Positions 30,846-41,417 of a stretch of DNA of 64,000 nt are shown piece by piece; position 1 is the stretch's first letter, and every line of letters begins with the position of its first letter. The notes beneath the pieces are model-generated. The model saw nothing but the letters and a program-made list of their open reading frames with translations. It did no database searches and was not told the origin of the DNA. This DNA comes from Candidatus Cloacimonadales bacterium (GTDB lineage: Bacteria > Cloacimonadota > Cloacimonadia > Cloacimonadales > JAIOQZ01): the NCBI GenBank assembly GCA_963674825.1, contig OY771587.1:928001-992000 (forward strand). The letters run 5' to 3'. The translations under genes were made by a program, and so were the position numbers.

Positions 30846-31542
30846 TGGGTCTTCCTCCGTCTTTTTCAGCGTCTCTCGGAGCGACGTTGTTGTTATTTGA
30901 TGCAGCCAGCTTCTCTTCGGAGTCGGGCATGACAACGACGCGTTTTTTGTCGCCTTTTCCAACTGTCATGGTGCGAAGAGTCTTGTCCTTTTCGATATAA
31001 CGGTGGATGATCTTCCGATCTGTAGCACGCATAGGGTCGAATGTAAAGCTTTTATTGCGCTGTTTCACCTTTTCGGCTACATTGCGCGCTTTGCCGAGAA
31101 TCTGCTTCTCGTGATTTTTGCGATAACCCTCGCAATCCACTACAACCTGAATATCCTCGATGCCCTTATTGAGCAGCATACGGTTTGCCAGATGCTGGAT
31201 ACTGTTCAGCAGTTTGCCATCTTTGCCGATGACGAATCCCTTCTCTTTAACGCCTACCAGATCGATAATCACGGTGTCGTTCTTTTTCTCGGATGTGACT
31301 TTCTCAAAATCGACACCCATCTGATTGAGAAGCTCTTCGATGAACGACTTGATTCCTTCGTCGTCGCCCTGCTGAAGCATGAAATTGATAACAACCGGCT
31401 TTGCGCCGAAAAGATTGAAGAAGCCGTTGGAACCTTTATCGACGATTTCGTAGTTAAACTGGTTCCGTTTCAGGTTGAACTCTTTCATGAAGCCTGTCAC
31501 GACTTCAAATTCAGATTTTCCCTCTCGTTTGATTATCTTCAT
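30730..31542 (-). CDS. jag: Jag/KhpB (EloR) RNA-binding protein
   Basis: Jag_N (GFFNLFGAKP), KH (VIGKDGKLLNSIQ), R3H (RKIIH); follows yidC. Confidence 0.9.
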   Translation of the reverse strand: MKIIKREGKSEFEVVTGFMKEFNLKRNQFNYEIVDKGSNGFFNLFGAKPVVINFMLQQGDDEGIKSFIEELLNQMGVDFEKVTSEKKNDTVIIDLVGVKEKGFVIGKDGKLLNSIQHLANRMLLNKGIEDIQVVVDCEGYRKNHEKQILGKARNVAEKVKQRNKSFTFDPMRATDRKIIHRYIEKDKTLRTMTVGKGDKKRVVVMPDSEEKLAASNNNNVAPRDAEKDGGRPNAKPRRRRRPRRPNNGENNNSGGTRTNNRNNNNREDKE

Positions 31543-31648
31543 TGTAAAAAACCTCGATTAAAAAATTACTGTTTCAGTAACTGCTCTCACCCATAGGAGG
31601 CAAAAAACATTCAAGTGAATTTCGCCTCGTATGGGTAAGAATTGTTGA

Positions 31649-33283
31649 TCAGTTTTGAGCAGCAGCTTTCTTGCGCTTGCCCATGATGTACATCTGGCCG
31701 ATGGACAGGATGTTGAAGATCGTCCAGTAGAGTACAAGACCGGATGAAAGTCCGGCAAAGATCCACACCATCATCACAGGCATGACATAAAGCATCATTT
31801 TCTGTGTCTGTGCGGCGGCTTTTTGCTGGTCATCCATGCTATCGGAGCTCTGCGTTTGCGGACTCATCATCTTCTGCTGTACAAACATGAACACACCCAT
31901 CAGGATGGGCAGCACGTAGTACGGATCCGGTGCCGAAAGGTCGTTCAGCCAGAAGAAGAAATTCGCCTGACGAAGCTCGATCGAATAGCGCAAAGCCGGA
32001 TAGAGCGCGAAGAGAATCGGCATCTGAAGAAGCGTGGGAAGGCAGCCGCCGAGTGGACTGACCCCATGCTCCTTGTAGAGCTTCTGGACTTCAGCGTTCA
32101 TCGTACGCGGATCGCCTTTATACTTCTGCTGGATCTCTTTGACTTTCGGCTGAATCTTCTGCATTTTCTGCCCGGATTCAAGCGTTTTGTGAGTCAGCGG
32201 ATAGACCACGATCTTAATCACGATCGCGAAGATGATAATGTCGATACCGTAGTTCGGAATGAACTTATGCAGCATTTCCAGGAACCACAAAAAGAACTTG
32301 CTCAAAAATTGCAGCCACTTCCAGCCGATCTCGGCCAGGTTTTCCATGCCCATGCCGAATTCATCTTCCAACATGCTGGCGATAAGCGGCCCGACAAAGA
32401 CCGAGTAGTGGTGCCGAATCTCCCATGGGTGATCCGAGTTATCCACATGGAGCGACATGCCCGGGCTTTCGCCGCGATCGGTAGCATAGAGCTGGTTAAC
32501 GTGCAAAAGATTGTCCGGAATCACCGCGATGCCGAAGTACTTGGTGCGAACACCGGCCCAATCGATATTGCCATTGAGTTCACGCGGTTCCTTCATCAGC
32601 TTCGAGAGCATGATGCTTTCGATGCTGTTGTCGATCATCGTGACGATTTTGTAGTCGTTCTTCTTGTGCTTGAGATACGCTTCGGTATCGCGTAGTCCGG
32701 ATTCGAACGCAAGATTATAGTGCTCGATATCCTGTCCGATATTAACGTTGAAATCGACTTCGAGCCGGTAATCGGCGCTCAGCCGGAAAACTTTTTCTAC
32801 CAGTCTGTTGCCGTCATCGTCCGCGAGGAAGAATGTGATACCATTGTCGGTGGTTTCAACCTGGTAGATCATGTTGGCGATATCGATATCGCCTGCACTG
32901 GTTTCGATGGGGATGTTCTCGAAGCAGAGCGTGCGCTGCTCTTCGGGAATCAGCTGTACGAACTTTGTCCGGTCCATCGATGGATAGTCTTTCACGACGG
33001 CTTTTGTGATGCATGCGCCCAGGGTTGAAAAAGTTAGCGCAAGCTTGTCGTTTTCCAAAGTAACCAACTCTGCTTCGACGGAAGTATCCATCGCAAGAGC
33101 TCCGGCAGGTTTCCCTGGGATAGAAATCGAATCGGGCGAGACGGTTTCGGCTGTAGCTTCGGCTTGCTGAACGTTTTCAGTGGCGGCTTGATTCTGATTG
33201 TTTTTAGGAGCCCAGATAAATTGGTTGAACAACCAATAGACGATGAAAATCAGTACGATAGCGATGATGGTTCGCTTATCCAA
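31649..33283 (-). CDS. yidC: Membrane protein insertase YidC
   Basis: NYGIDII, KMQKIQPK, PLGGCLP, QMPILFA, DLSAPDPYY, SGLVLYW. Confidence 0.96.
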   Translation of the reverse strand: MDKRTIIAIVLIFIVYWLFNQFIWAPKNNQNQAATENVQQAEATAETVSPDSISIPGKPAGALAMDTSVEAELVTLENDKLALTFSTLGACITKAVVKDYPSMDRTKFVQLIPEEQRTLCFENIPIETSAGDIDIANMIYQVETTDNGITFFLADDDGNRLVEKVFRLSADYRLEVDFNVNIGQDIEHYNLAFESGLRDTEAYLKHKKNDYKIVTMIDNSIESIMLSKLMKEPRELNGNIDWAGVRTKYFGIAVIPDNLLHVNQLYATDRGESPGMSLHVDNSDHPWEIRHHYSVFVGPLIASMLEDEFGMGMENLAEIGWKWLQFLSKFFLWFLEMLHKFIPNYGIDIIIFAIVIKIVVYPLTHKTLESGQKMQKIQPKVKEIQQKYKGDPRTMNAEVQKLYKEHGVSPLGGCLPTLLQMPILFALYPALRYSIELRQANFFFWLNDLSAPDPYYVLPILMGVFMFVQQKMMSPQTQSSDSMDDQQKAAAQTQKMMLYVMPVMMVWIFAGLSSGLVLYWTIFNILSIGQMYIMGKRKKAAAQN

Positions 33284-33295
33284 AATACCTCCAGG

Positions 33296-33514
33296 TCATA
33301 GTAGGGGGTCGTGTCCTCCGGGGTGAAACGGATGGCACTTGAGTATCCTCTTGACTGACAGGAGTAACGCTTTGTGAAACGGGTATTTCTGGAATGCTTG
33401 ATATGCATAAACGCTGCAGGTGGGCGTAAAGCGACACGAGGGAGGAAGAAACGGGGATATTGCCTTTTTATATACGGTTATCGCGAACATCGCGAGCCGA
33501 TTGAATATCCTCAT
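33296..33514 (-). CDS. yidD: Membrane protein insertion efficiency factor
   Basis: [23 protein letters not shown]. Confidence 0.95.
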   Translation of the reverse strand: MRIFNRLAMFAITVYKKAISPFLPPSCRFTPTCSVYAYQAFQKYPFHKALLLSVKRILKCHPFHPGGHDPLL

Positions 33515-33515
33515 G

Positions 33516-33860
33516 TTACAAACTCTCTCCGGCGAGTCTGGATCCCAGGCGTGAAAAAAATCCGTCCAGTTCGAACGACAGCTCGTTCCAATCTGCTTCC
33601 GCTGCGCCTATGCGCGCGATGATGAGAACCTTTACGGGCAATGTCCATAACTGCCCATGCTCTCGTATAAACGCCCTGATCCGCCGTTTTACCTTGTTTC
33701 GCTTTACTGCCTTACCGACCTTTTTACCTGCAACGATACCTACAAAGAGGTGCGGCGCGGTCCCTTTATAAACAAGAAAAGTGAACCGTCTTCCGGGAAA
33801 CCGCCGATGGTCGGAATAAACCTCGTCAAATTCGTTCCGTTTCCGAATCACTCCATACAT
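33516..33860 (-). CDS. rnpA: Ribonuclease P protein component
   Basis: [17 protein letters not shown]; synteny. Confidence 0.92.
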   Translation of the reverse strand: MYGVIRKRNEFDEVYSDHRRFPGRRFTFLVYKGTAPHLFVGIVAGKKVGKAVKRNKVKRRIRAFIREHGQLWTLPVKVLIIARIGAAEADWNELSFELDGFFSRLGSRLAGESL

Positions 33861-33867
33861 TCAAACA

Positions 33868-34002
33868 TCAGACAGTAAGTCTTTTACGTCCCTTGAGTCT
33901 GCGAGCTGCAAGGACCTTGCGTCCGCCCTTGGTTGCCATGCGGGCGCGAAAACCGTGTACGCGTTTCCGACGCGTGTTGTGCGGCTGATATGTTCTTTTC
34001 AT
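33868..34002 (-). CDS. rpmH: 50S ribosomal protein L34
   Basis: Hand translation [44 protein letters not shown] (44 aa); AGGAG RBS. Confidence 0.97.
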   Translation of the reverse strand: MKRTYQPHNTRRKRVHGFRARMATKGGRKVLAARRLKGRKRLTV

Positions 34003-34383
34003 GTTTTTATTCTCCTTAAAAATCTACATTCCGGTTCACTTTATACACATTGCTGTGATGAGCTTGAAAAAAATTACAGCCGCTTTTGTGTCAAGCATTT
34101 AATCACACATGCCAACGAATCTCTCTGTCCGACATCGGTTTATTTCAATTCATCGCAGCTGCTAAGCTTGTTGAACATGTATACGAGGTCGAAATGATCA
34201 TCATACGCTGCAACACTTTTATAGTAGAAAACCTGACCCAATTTTCGATACAGAAAAAGATAGAATCACTTTCTTTGTGCAGAAGTGGGTTGACAGGAGT
34301 TTTTTCCTCAACATTTTCTTGTATCGAACGATAAAAGCGTGTCACATGAATTTTTGATCAATAATCGAATAAAGGAGTAAACC

Positions 34384-36267
34384 TTGAAAACTACAGTATT
34401 ACCCCCGCATGGAGGCATGGGTTTAATCGACAGAATGATGCCGGAATTCGAAAGGGATTCGATTCTGGCGCAAGCTTCAAAACTCAAATCGTATACAATC
34501 AGTGACGCGGACCTTTCGATGTTTTACCGGATCGCCGACGGCGCACTCTCGCCGCTGGAAGGCCCGATGTGTAAAACCGAATTCAACCGTGTCCTGGAAG
34601 AAGAAGTCATTGAGCGCAACGGCAAGAAATACGCATGGACGATCCCGGTGGCGTTTCCGGTTTATAAAGCGGATGCGGATCAGTACACGATCGGTCACAA
34701 GATCGTGGTGAAGACCGAGCAGGGCGTTGTCGCCGGACTGCTCCAGGTTGAGGACATCTACCCGTTCGATAAAGATTTCTACAATCTCAAGGTTTACGGC
34801 ACCGACCGCAAGGATCACCCCGGTCCGCGCATCGTCAATGATGATCCGCGCGATTACCTTCTGGGCGGAAAGATCTGGGCGCTGCCTCAGTTACAGCAAA
34901 AACCCTACGACAAATACATGCTCTCGCCGATCCAGACCCGGTCGCTCTTCAAGGAACGCGCGTGGGAACGAACCGTCGCTTTCCAGACCCGCAACGCACT
35001 GCATCGCGCTCACGAATACGCGATCGTCTGGGCGATGGAGAAACTGACTCGCGAAGGCCATTTCACTGGAGCGATTCTCAATCCACTTGTAGGCGCAACC
35101 AAGCAGGATGACGTCCCCGCCGACATCCGCATGGAGACCTACGAAGCATTGCTCAAGAACCGTGCTCTTGGTGAAGGCGACATGGACGAACAGCTCTGGA
35201 AAGATATGGGCTATACACTCGCCGATCAGCTTGTGCTTATCGGGCTGGATGTTAAAATGTTCTATGCAGGTCCGAAAGAAGCGATCATGCACGCCATCTA
35301 CCGTCAGAACTACGGATTTACCGACATTATAATCGGTCGGAAGCATGCCGACGCACCGTTTGACGACGGCACTCCTGCCTGGGGTGACTTCGATGCACAC
35401 GATAAATTCGACAATCCCAACGGTGAGCTACAGATCCAGCCAGTTAAGGTGGGATTTGCGGCTTATTTTGAGGAACTGGGAAAAGTCGCGCTCATCGAAG
35501 ACAATAAGGACAAGGGTTATCACACCATATCCATTGCCGGAAAGGTGTTGCGCCAGAAGCTTCAGAATCAGGAGCCGATCGATACGCGCGTCATGCACAA
35601 GCCGGTCGCGGACATCCTTACCGACTTCTATCAGCAGCGAGCGCGCGAAGAGAAGAAGGAGATCAAGTCCACCAACATCACCTGGCACACGAGCGGTATT
35701 TCGAAGGTCGATCGCGAGAAGCGCAACAACCACAAGGGTGTCGTTATCTGGCTGACAGGGCTTTCCGGTTCCGGGAAATCGACCATCGCCATGAACCTGC
35801 AATCGGTCCTCTTCGAGATGGGTTGTCATACCTACGTCCTTGACGGCGATAACGTACGCCACGGACTCAACCGCAACCTCGGCTTCTCACCCGAGGATCG
35901 TGACGAGAATATCCGCCGCATCGGCGAGGTAGCCAAGCTCTTTGCCGACGCAGGTACCATTGTGATTACCGCTTTCATCTCGCCCTATCGTCAGGGTCGT
36001 GACGAAGCGCGCTATATGATGGAACGCGGCGATTTCTTCGAGGTTTACGTAAACGCACCGGTACCGGTCTGCGAACATCGTGATCCGAAGGGACTTTACA
36101 AGAAAGCGCGCCAAGGTATCATCAAGGAATTTACCGGTATCTCCGCACCTTACGAAGAACCGCTGAATCCTGAGTTCGTACTCGACACCGAACATTACAG
36201 CGTCGAGGAATGCACGCAGCAGATTCTGGAAAAACTCATTGAAACGAAAGTGGTCAAGCGCTCGTAG
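34384..36267 (+). CDS. sat/cysC: Bifunctional sulfate adenylyltransferase / adenylylsulfate kinase (PAPS synthase)
   Basis: [31 protein letters not shown] (Sat); [26 protein letters not shown] (CysC). Confidence 0.93.
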   Translation: MKTTVLPPHGGMGLIDRMMPEFERDSILAQASKLKSYTISDADLSMFYRIADGALSPLEGPMCKTEFNRVLEEEVIERNGKKYAWTIPVAFPVYKADADQYTIGHKIVVKTEQGVVAGLLQVEDIYPFDKDFYNLKVYGTDRKDHPGPRIVNDDPRDYLLGGKIWALPQLQQKPYDKYMLSPIQTRSLFKERAWERTVAFQTRNALHRAHEYAIVWAMEKLTREGHFTGAILNPLVGATKQDDVPADIRMETYEALLKNRALGEGDMDEQLWKDMGYTLADQLVLIGLDVKMFYAGPKEAIMHAIYRQNYGFTDIIIGRKHADAPFDDGTPAWGDFDAHDKFDNPNGELQIQPVKVGFAAYFEELGKVALIEDNKDKGYHTISIAGKVLRQKLQNQEPIDTRVMHKPVADILTDFYQQRAREEKKEIKSTNITWHTSGISKVDREKRNNHKGVVIWLTGLSGSGKSTIAMNLQSVLFEMGCHTYVLDGDNVRHGLNRNLGFSPEDRDENIRRIGEVAKLFADAGTIVITAFISPYRQGRDEARYMMERGDFFEVYVNAPVPVCEHRDPKGLYKKARQGIIKEFTGISAPYEEPLNPEFVLDTEHYSVEECTQQILEKLIETKVVKRS

Positions 36268-36293
36268 CGTCGATCATCTCGAATAGATTCAAT

Positions 36294-36331
36294 ACCGCCC
36301 TGGGATTCGTCTCCGGGCGGTTTTCTTTTTT
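36294..36331 (+). terminator. Terminator after sat/cysC
   Basis: ACCGCCC...GGGCGGT stem followed by T-rich tail. Confidence 0.65.
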
Positions 36332-36449
36332 CTCATAGAATAATATGTATACTTACTCGGCAACTCGGGGATAGAGATACAGCTTCATCCAAAAATTTTC
36401 TTTACGTTTTACAAAGACCGATTATCGTATGGCGTGGAGGTACTCGGGA

Positions 36450-38090
36450 ATGAAAATTATATTTGCTTTGTTCCTTGTTTTAGTATCCATACCCGTCCTT
36501 GTGGCAGTACAGTCGGTTGATTCAACGGTGGTCGTACCCCAACCTATTCTTGTGATCCAGCCGGACAGCAGCGCATTCATCGCGAAGAAAGATACCCTCT
36601 TCTGGCTCTATGGTTCGGAAGGATCATTCCAGGTGGAAGAGCGAATCGATCAGCTTGACAAGAAGCTGAACAAAGAGGTCCGCTGGAGAAAGAAACCGTT
36701 CATCAACCTGCATTCGATCGAAAAGGGTGGTAGATTCTATATTGCCGACAGCACAAGGCTCCTGCTATCCATCACACCCACCGACGCACAAAAGCACGGG
36801 CTCGACCGTCAATCACTGGCAGATACCCTTATCTCCATCCTGACTCGCAAGAATCAGGAATACCTCGGACATTCGCGCATTTTCAACATTATTAAAGACA
36901 TTCTTATCACGCTGGCGTTATCGGTTCTCCTCGTCGGCGTATATTGGTATATCATCAAATTCTTACGCTTTTTCTTCAAAAAGATCCGTAAATGGCTGGC
37001 GCGCGAAAATAACCGGATTATCCGCAGCATCCGGCTGAAAAATATCGAGATCCTCTCGGCTGAGCGAATGCGAATGCTGCTTATCTATACGGTGAAGCTG
37101 ATCAGCATCGTGGTCTATTTTGTGATCAGTTATACATTCCTCACTACGCTGATCGCCACCATTCCAGGTACCAAGCCCATTACCGACAAACTGTATTCAT
37201 TCATCCTGACACCGCTCAAGATGATATGGAGTTCGTTCATCCATTTCATCCCAAATCTCTTCTTCATCCTGGTCATCATTGCAGTATTCCACTATATGAT
37301 GCGGTTGTTGAAGTTCCTCGCAAAAGAGGTCGAGATCGGAAACTTGAAGATACCCGGATTCTACCCTGACTGGTCACGGCAAACCTACCTGATCGTAAGG
37401 TTCCTGGGCATGGCTTTCGTTATCGTGGTGGTATTCCCATACCTACCCGGCTCCAATTCACCGGCGTTCAAGGGTGTCTCTATCTTTCTGGGTATCCTTT
37501 TCTCGCTGGGATCATCCACAGCCATCACCAACATGGTTGCCGGACTGGTTATAACCTACATGCGACCATATGTTGTGGGCGACTGGGTAAAAATAGCCAA
37601 TACTTTGGGCGTGGTTACTGAGAAAAATCTGCTGACCACTCGCCTCAGAACTCCCAAAAATGAAGAGATCTCCATCCCGAATTCGACGATCCTGACCAAT
37701 CAAGTGCAGAACTACTCTTCGCTGAATAGCGAATTTGGGCTGATACTCTACACCACCGTCACCATCGGCTACGACGTCCCCTGGCGACAGGTACATGAAC
37801 TGCTGATCTCCGCTGCCGAGAAGACCATCGGCGTGTCGAAAAAGAAGAAGCCGTTCGTGCTCCAAAAAAGCCTGGACGACTTCTACATCAGTTACGAACT
37901 GAATGCATATACCACATCACCGGACAAGATGGCATTGACCTACTCCAATCTGCATCAGAATATCCAAGATAGTTTCAATGCAGCCAATGTGGAGATCATG
38001 TCTCCGCATTATCGTGCCGAACGTGATGGAAACGCTTCCACAGTGATTCCTCCTGAAGAGGTGCCTGTAAAAATTTTGCCGAAGCAATAA
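36450..38090 (+). CDS. MscS-family mechanosensitive channel
   Basis: PYLPGSNSPAFKGVS, NMVAG...RPYVVGD, IPNS, IGYDVPW, IMSPHY. Confidence 0.9.
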   Translation: MKIIFALFLVLVSIPVLVAVQSVDSTVVVPQPILVIQPDSSAFIAKKDTLFWLYGSEGSFQVEERIDQLDKKLNKEVRWRKKPFINLHSIEKGGRFYIADSTRLLLSITPTDAQKHGLDRQSLADTLISILTRKNQEYLGHSRIFNIIKDILITLALSVLLVGVYWYIIKFLRFFFKKIRKWLARENNRIIRSIRLKNIEILSAERMRMLLIYTVKLISIVVYFVISYTFLTTLIATIPGTKPITDKLYSFILTPLKMIWSSFIHFIPNLFFILVIIAVFHYMMRLLKFLAKEVEIGNLKIPGFYPDWSRQTYLIVRFLGMAFVIVVVFPYLPGSNSPAFKGVSIFLGILFSLGSSTAITNMVAGLVITYMRPYVVGDWVKIANTLGVVTEKNLLTTRLRTPKNEEISIPNSTILTNQVQNYSSLNSEFGLILYTTVTIGYDVPWRQVHELLISAAEKTIGVSKKKKPFVLQKSLDDFYISYELNAYTTSPDKMALTYSNLHQNIQDSFNAANVEIMSPHYRAERDGNASTVIPPEEVPVKILPKQ

Positions 38091-38178
38091 TATCGTTGCA
38101 CCCTGCGTGGGAATTTATCTTGCCTGTAACGCTCGACCTCAGGACGAGTACACATCACTTGAATTAAAGGAGGTAACT

Positions 38179-40248
38179 ATGAAATATTTGATGACCATTT
38201 TTACGCTATTATGCCTCACCGCGGCGTTTGCTGGCGAGATGACGCCTGAAGGCGTTTTCAAAGCTGAATCGCAACTGAGCTTCAAAACGCAAACAAGACA
38301 TCGTGACGCACCCTCTTATGTTGTCTCAGTACCACCGGTTGATGTTCAGACAACATACTACGACTACATGCCGGGTAGTTACATCGCCAATCCGATCCAG
38401 TTTCAACGGATGGAAGATGGTGGCCTATACCTGACGTTCCACGCTCGTGAGACTGCCAGCGCAACCAGAAGGCAATACATCGCCTATATCAACCCGGACG
38501 GAAGCCTCAACAGTGTTAACTACGTATCTTCGGCCGACGCTTCGGAAGGATACGGTTCGATCGACCTTGATTTCGATACGCAAGATCCAGTTTTTTCTTA
38601 CCATGTCGATTTCGGACAACCATCCATGACTGTGGATGGCGGGTATGATGTATGGCATCTGCTGCAAACGCCGGGACTCATCTCCACACCTTACACTGTC
38701 GTCGATAACGCTGCCATTGCTGGAATCCAGACACCGTTCTCGGACGACCTCTTCGGCTGGCCATACACTTTTGTCATGAAATCACCAACGTACGACACCG
38801 ACGGAAAGCGCCGTATGTTCGTTTTCTCATCGAACAACACCACCCATAGTACAGACCCATCCGAAAACGTGCTCATCGCCTGGGTAGATTACATAACGAC
38901 AGATATCGAAGTCGGTAACATCCACAGCATGGAATGGAATTACACGACCATCGAGATGCTGGATGAATACAACGCCGGACCCGTATGGGGACGCTATCAG
39001 AAGGGTATCGCGATAACCGAAGATGGGAAAATCGGTATGATCGGCTACCTGAATGCGAATGATATCGAAGGAGCCGGCTCCGAAATGCTGGTGATATACA
39101 ACGATAATTACGGCGAAGGCGAATGGCAGATTTTCGAGCATGAGCTCGCCTACTATGTCGATAATCCGGAGAATGAAGACGGCACGGAATTCTTCGCTTC
39201 CGACGGAGCTGATATCTATTTCGATCTGGTCAACAGCAGCCACCCGCAGGCGATGTTCGATGCCGAGGGAACCCTCCACTTTATCGGCAACATGGTGCTT
39301 GGATACCAGAACGCGGACGAAGAACATATGCTGTGGCAGTATTTCAGCTATGTGAAAGACATCGCGTTCAATCCGGAATATGAAACATGGGATTTCAAAG
39401 ACCTCTATCCTCAGAGCACATCCGAAGAAGCCACCTATCCCTATCTTCCATGGGACGAGGATCAGGACGGGAATGTGGATGAATTTTCCGACGATGGAAA
39501 CGTAACTTACAATCCTGGCTGGCCCATCTGGTTTTACGACTGGGATACAGCCTTCCATGAGAACACTTTCAAGTTCTGTTCGAATGTGGAAGACGATCTC
39601 TATGCTGCCGTTTGGCACGATGGACTCAAGAGTCTGCTGTACAATGACGCTGCGGATGAAGAATACGCAGATTGGGCAACTGCCCCCGAAATCATGATCT
39701 CGATCAAGTTCATGGACAATGACTGGTACGAACCGATCCGGCTCAACGCGCTGGAGGTTCCCGAACTCGAAGGCATGACGCCGGTTTATGTCTATCCCGC
39801 GGATTACATCGAATATGTTGGTGGGGGGTTCTGGCGCATTCACCTCTTCTTCCTGGACGATAACAGCTTTGGCAGCTTCATTCAGGGGTTTGGTGCAAAT
39901 GATGGCGGCATGCTCAAGTATATGGCTATCGATGTAGCGCTGCTTACACCGGTAAGCGACGCTCCAGAAGTAACAGCACTCGAACTGGATAATTACCCCA
40001 ATCCGTTCAACCCCGAGACAACGATTCAATTCGATATCCCGAACCACGCGCAGACAAAACTCAGCGTGTACAACGTTCGCGGCCAATTGGTGAAGACACT
40101 CATCGATCAACCGATGGATGCTGGACAGCACAATGCGGTTTGGAATGGTCAGGATAACAGCGGCAAACCTGTCTCGAGCGGTGTGTATCTCTATCGCCTC
40201 GAAGCTGGAAAGCAGGTTATCACAAGAAGGATGCTGCTATTGAAGTAG
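38179..40248 (+). CDS. Secreted acidic protein with FlgD-Ig/T9SS-like CTD
   Basis: AGGAGG RBS, signal peptide, C-terminal NYPNPFNPETTI...VSSGVYLYRL. Confidence 0.85.
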   Translation: MKYLMTIFTLLCLTAAFAGEMTPEGVFKAESQLSFKTQTRHRDAPSYVVSVPPVDVQTTYYDYMPGSYIANPIQFQRMEDGGLYLTFHARETASATRRQYIAYINPDGSLNSVNYVSSADASEGYGSIDLDFDTQDPVFSYHVDFGQPSMTVDGGYDVWHLLQTPGLISTPYTVVDNAAIAGIQTPFSDDLFGWPYTFVMKSPTYDTDGKRRMFVFSSNNTTHSTDPSENVLIAWVDYITTDIEVGNIHSMEWNYTTIEMLDEYNAGPVWGRYQKGIAITEDGKIGMIGYLNANDIEGAGSEMLVIYNDNYGEGEWQIFEHELAYYVDNPENEDGTEFFASDGADIYFDLVNSSHPQAMFDAEGTLHFIGNMVLGYQNADEEHMLWQYFSYVKDIAFNPEYETWDFKDLYPQSTSEEATYPYLPWDEDQDGNVDEFSDDGNVTYNPGWPIWFYDWDTAFHENTFKFCSNVEDDLYAAVWHDGLKSLLYNDAADEEYADWATAPEIMISIKFMDNDWYEPIRLNALEVPELEGMTPVYVYPADYIEYVGGGFWRIHLFFLDDNSFGSFIQGFGANDGGMLKYMAIDVALLTPVSDAPEVTALELDNYPNPFNPETTIQFDIPNHAQTKLSVYNVRGQLVKTLIDQPMDAGQHNAVWNGQDNSGKPVSSGVYLYRLEAGKQVITRRMLLLK

Positions 40249-40312
40249 TGGAAACAGAAGATCAACTTTTGCAGGGCAGGTGTAGCAACCTGCCTTTTCT
40301 ATTTGCATAGGC

Positions 40313-40471
40313 TTAGAAGTTGGCGTAGAAGAAAGGGTTCGATTCCACAGCCATGACGGTAATCAACGCTTTCGCCGCGATCGCCGAGAATAGTAGTGTA
40401 AATATATACGTCACCCTAAGATAGAGCCAGAGATTTTTACTGCTTCGGATACGCTTGAATAAACGATTCAT
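40313..40471 (-). CDS. DltX-like small membrane acyl-shuttle peptide (52 aa)
   Basis: Hand translation MNRLFKRIRSSKNLWLYLRVTYIFTLLFSAIAAKALITVMAVESNPFFYANF*; AGGAG RBS; overlaps the SGNH gene 3' end; single TM; C-terminal FFYANF. Confidence 0.85.
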   Translation of the reverse strand: MNRLFKRIRSSKNLWLYLRVTYIFTLLFSAIAAKALITVMAVESNPFFYANF

Positions 40472-41417
40472 AAATGAATTCTCCTAATTTATAATTACCA
40501 CTTTCGTTCAGATGTCCTACACCCTTCAATCGATTTTCTGATCCTGAAATCTCAGCAGAATTGAAGAAGAGGATTCCTTCAGTATTACAAAAATCGCGTA
40601 GTAATTTATTTTCAAGCTCATTCTGACTAAAGAATACAAGCATGAAATCATGCCCATAATCCTTCTGGAATTGTAATAATGTAGCCTTTAAACCTTCAGG
40701 TAGCACGGATACTTGTTCAGAATCATCCTCGCTCCCTACATTATCTGTATTATCATCGACAACGTTGCCTTTGAAACGTTTTGCGTAATTATAACAAAGA
40801 GAAGCAAGACTCGATCGGCTACAAATCGCTTCAACTATCAGTCGAGCTTTTGAGAAGGGAAAATTCTCGCCAAAGTGATCCGGTAGATCAAACGACAAAG
40901 GCTGTTCGTGACGAGAGAGCCATTTAGTACGTAAATGCTCTAGGGCAAGCACAACTTTATCAGGCTTACGGTACTTTTGAGTGAAGAGTTTAACACGAAA
41001 GTATGCCATATAAGGATCATGTCCGGATGCTCCAAGATTGAATACAGAATACTGGGGATTATATTCCTGGAGTTTACGATTGAATACCGCAGCAGCCGTT
41101 TTCCTGATCGGAACCTGATACGCCTCAATATATGACGATCCGGCAAGAAAAACCAGCTTTGTATTATCAGCTAAGTTTACTTCCGGACCATGAATGCCAA
41201 CATTGTTACGCCAGAAACGCTTGTAACCTGCTTCGATATTGAGATACTTCGAGTTCGGCTCATACATGTATACTTTGTGGTAGGAATGCCCCTTTGGGAA
41301 AAAGTAAATCGGCTTCCTAACTGGCTGTGGCGGATATAACACAATGAAGCGAAGAATAAGTTCCACTGTAATCAACGCGGTAATGATACCCAGTAGAAAA
41401 AGAACCATTTTTCTCAT
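40437..41417 (-). CDS. Membrane-anchored SGNH-like acyltransferase (DltD/AlgJ-like), copy 2
   Basis: N-terminal TM, LAGSSYIE, NLGASG, GHLNESGN; ATGA-coupled to the MBOAT stop. Confidence 0.75.
   Translation of the reverse strand: MRKMVLFLLGIITALITVELILRFIVLYPPQPVRKPIYFFPKGHSYHKVYMYEPNSKYLNIEAGYKRFWRNNVGIHGPEVNLADNTKLVFLAGSSYIEAYQVPIRKTAAAVFNRKLQEYNPQYSVFNLGASGHDPYMAYFRVKLFTQKYRKPDKVVLALEHLRTKWLSRHEQPLSFDLPDHFGENFPFSKARLIVEAICSRSSLASLCYNYAKRFKGNVVDDNTDNVGSEDDSEQVSVLPEGLKATLLQFQKDYGHDFMLVFFSQNELENKLLRDFCNTEGILFFNSAEISGSENRLKGVGHLNESGNYKLGEFIYESFIQAYPKQ

Noticed and set aside
34003..34383. oriC upstream of rpmH
   Set aside because: Only one DnaA-box-like site seen, no dnaA/dnaN adjacent, no clear DUE repeats
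38827..40131. Long antisense ORFs (this one, also 2290-3354, 50983-52131, 46359-47231, 31823-32695, 29258-30091)
   Set aside because: Shadow frames opposite well-supported genes, explained by codon bias; no recognisable motifs
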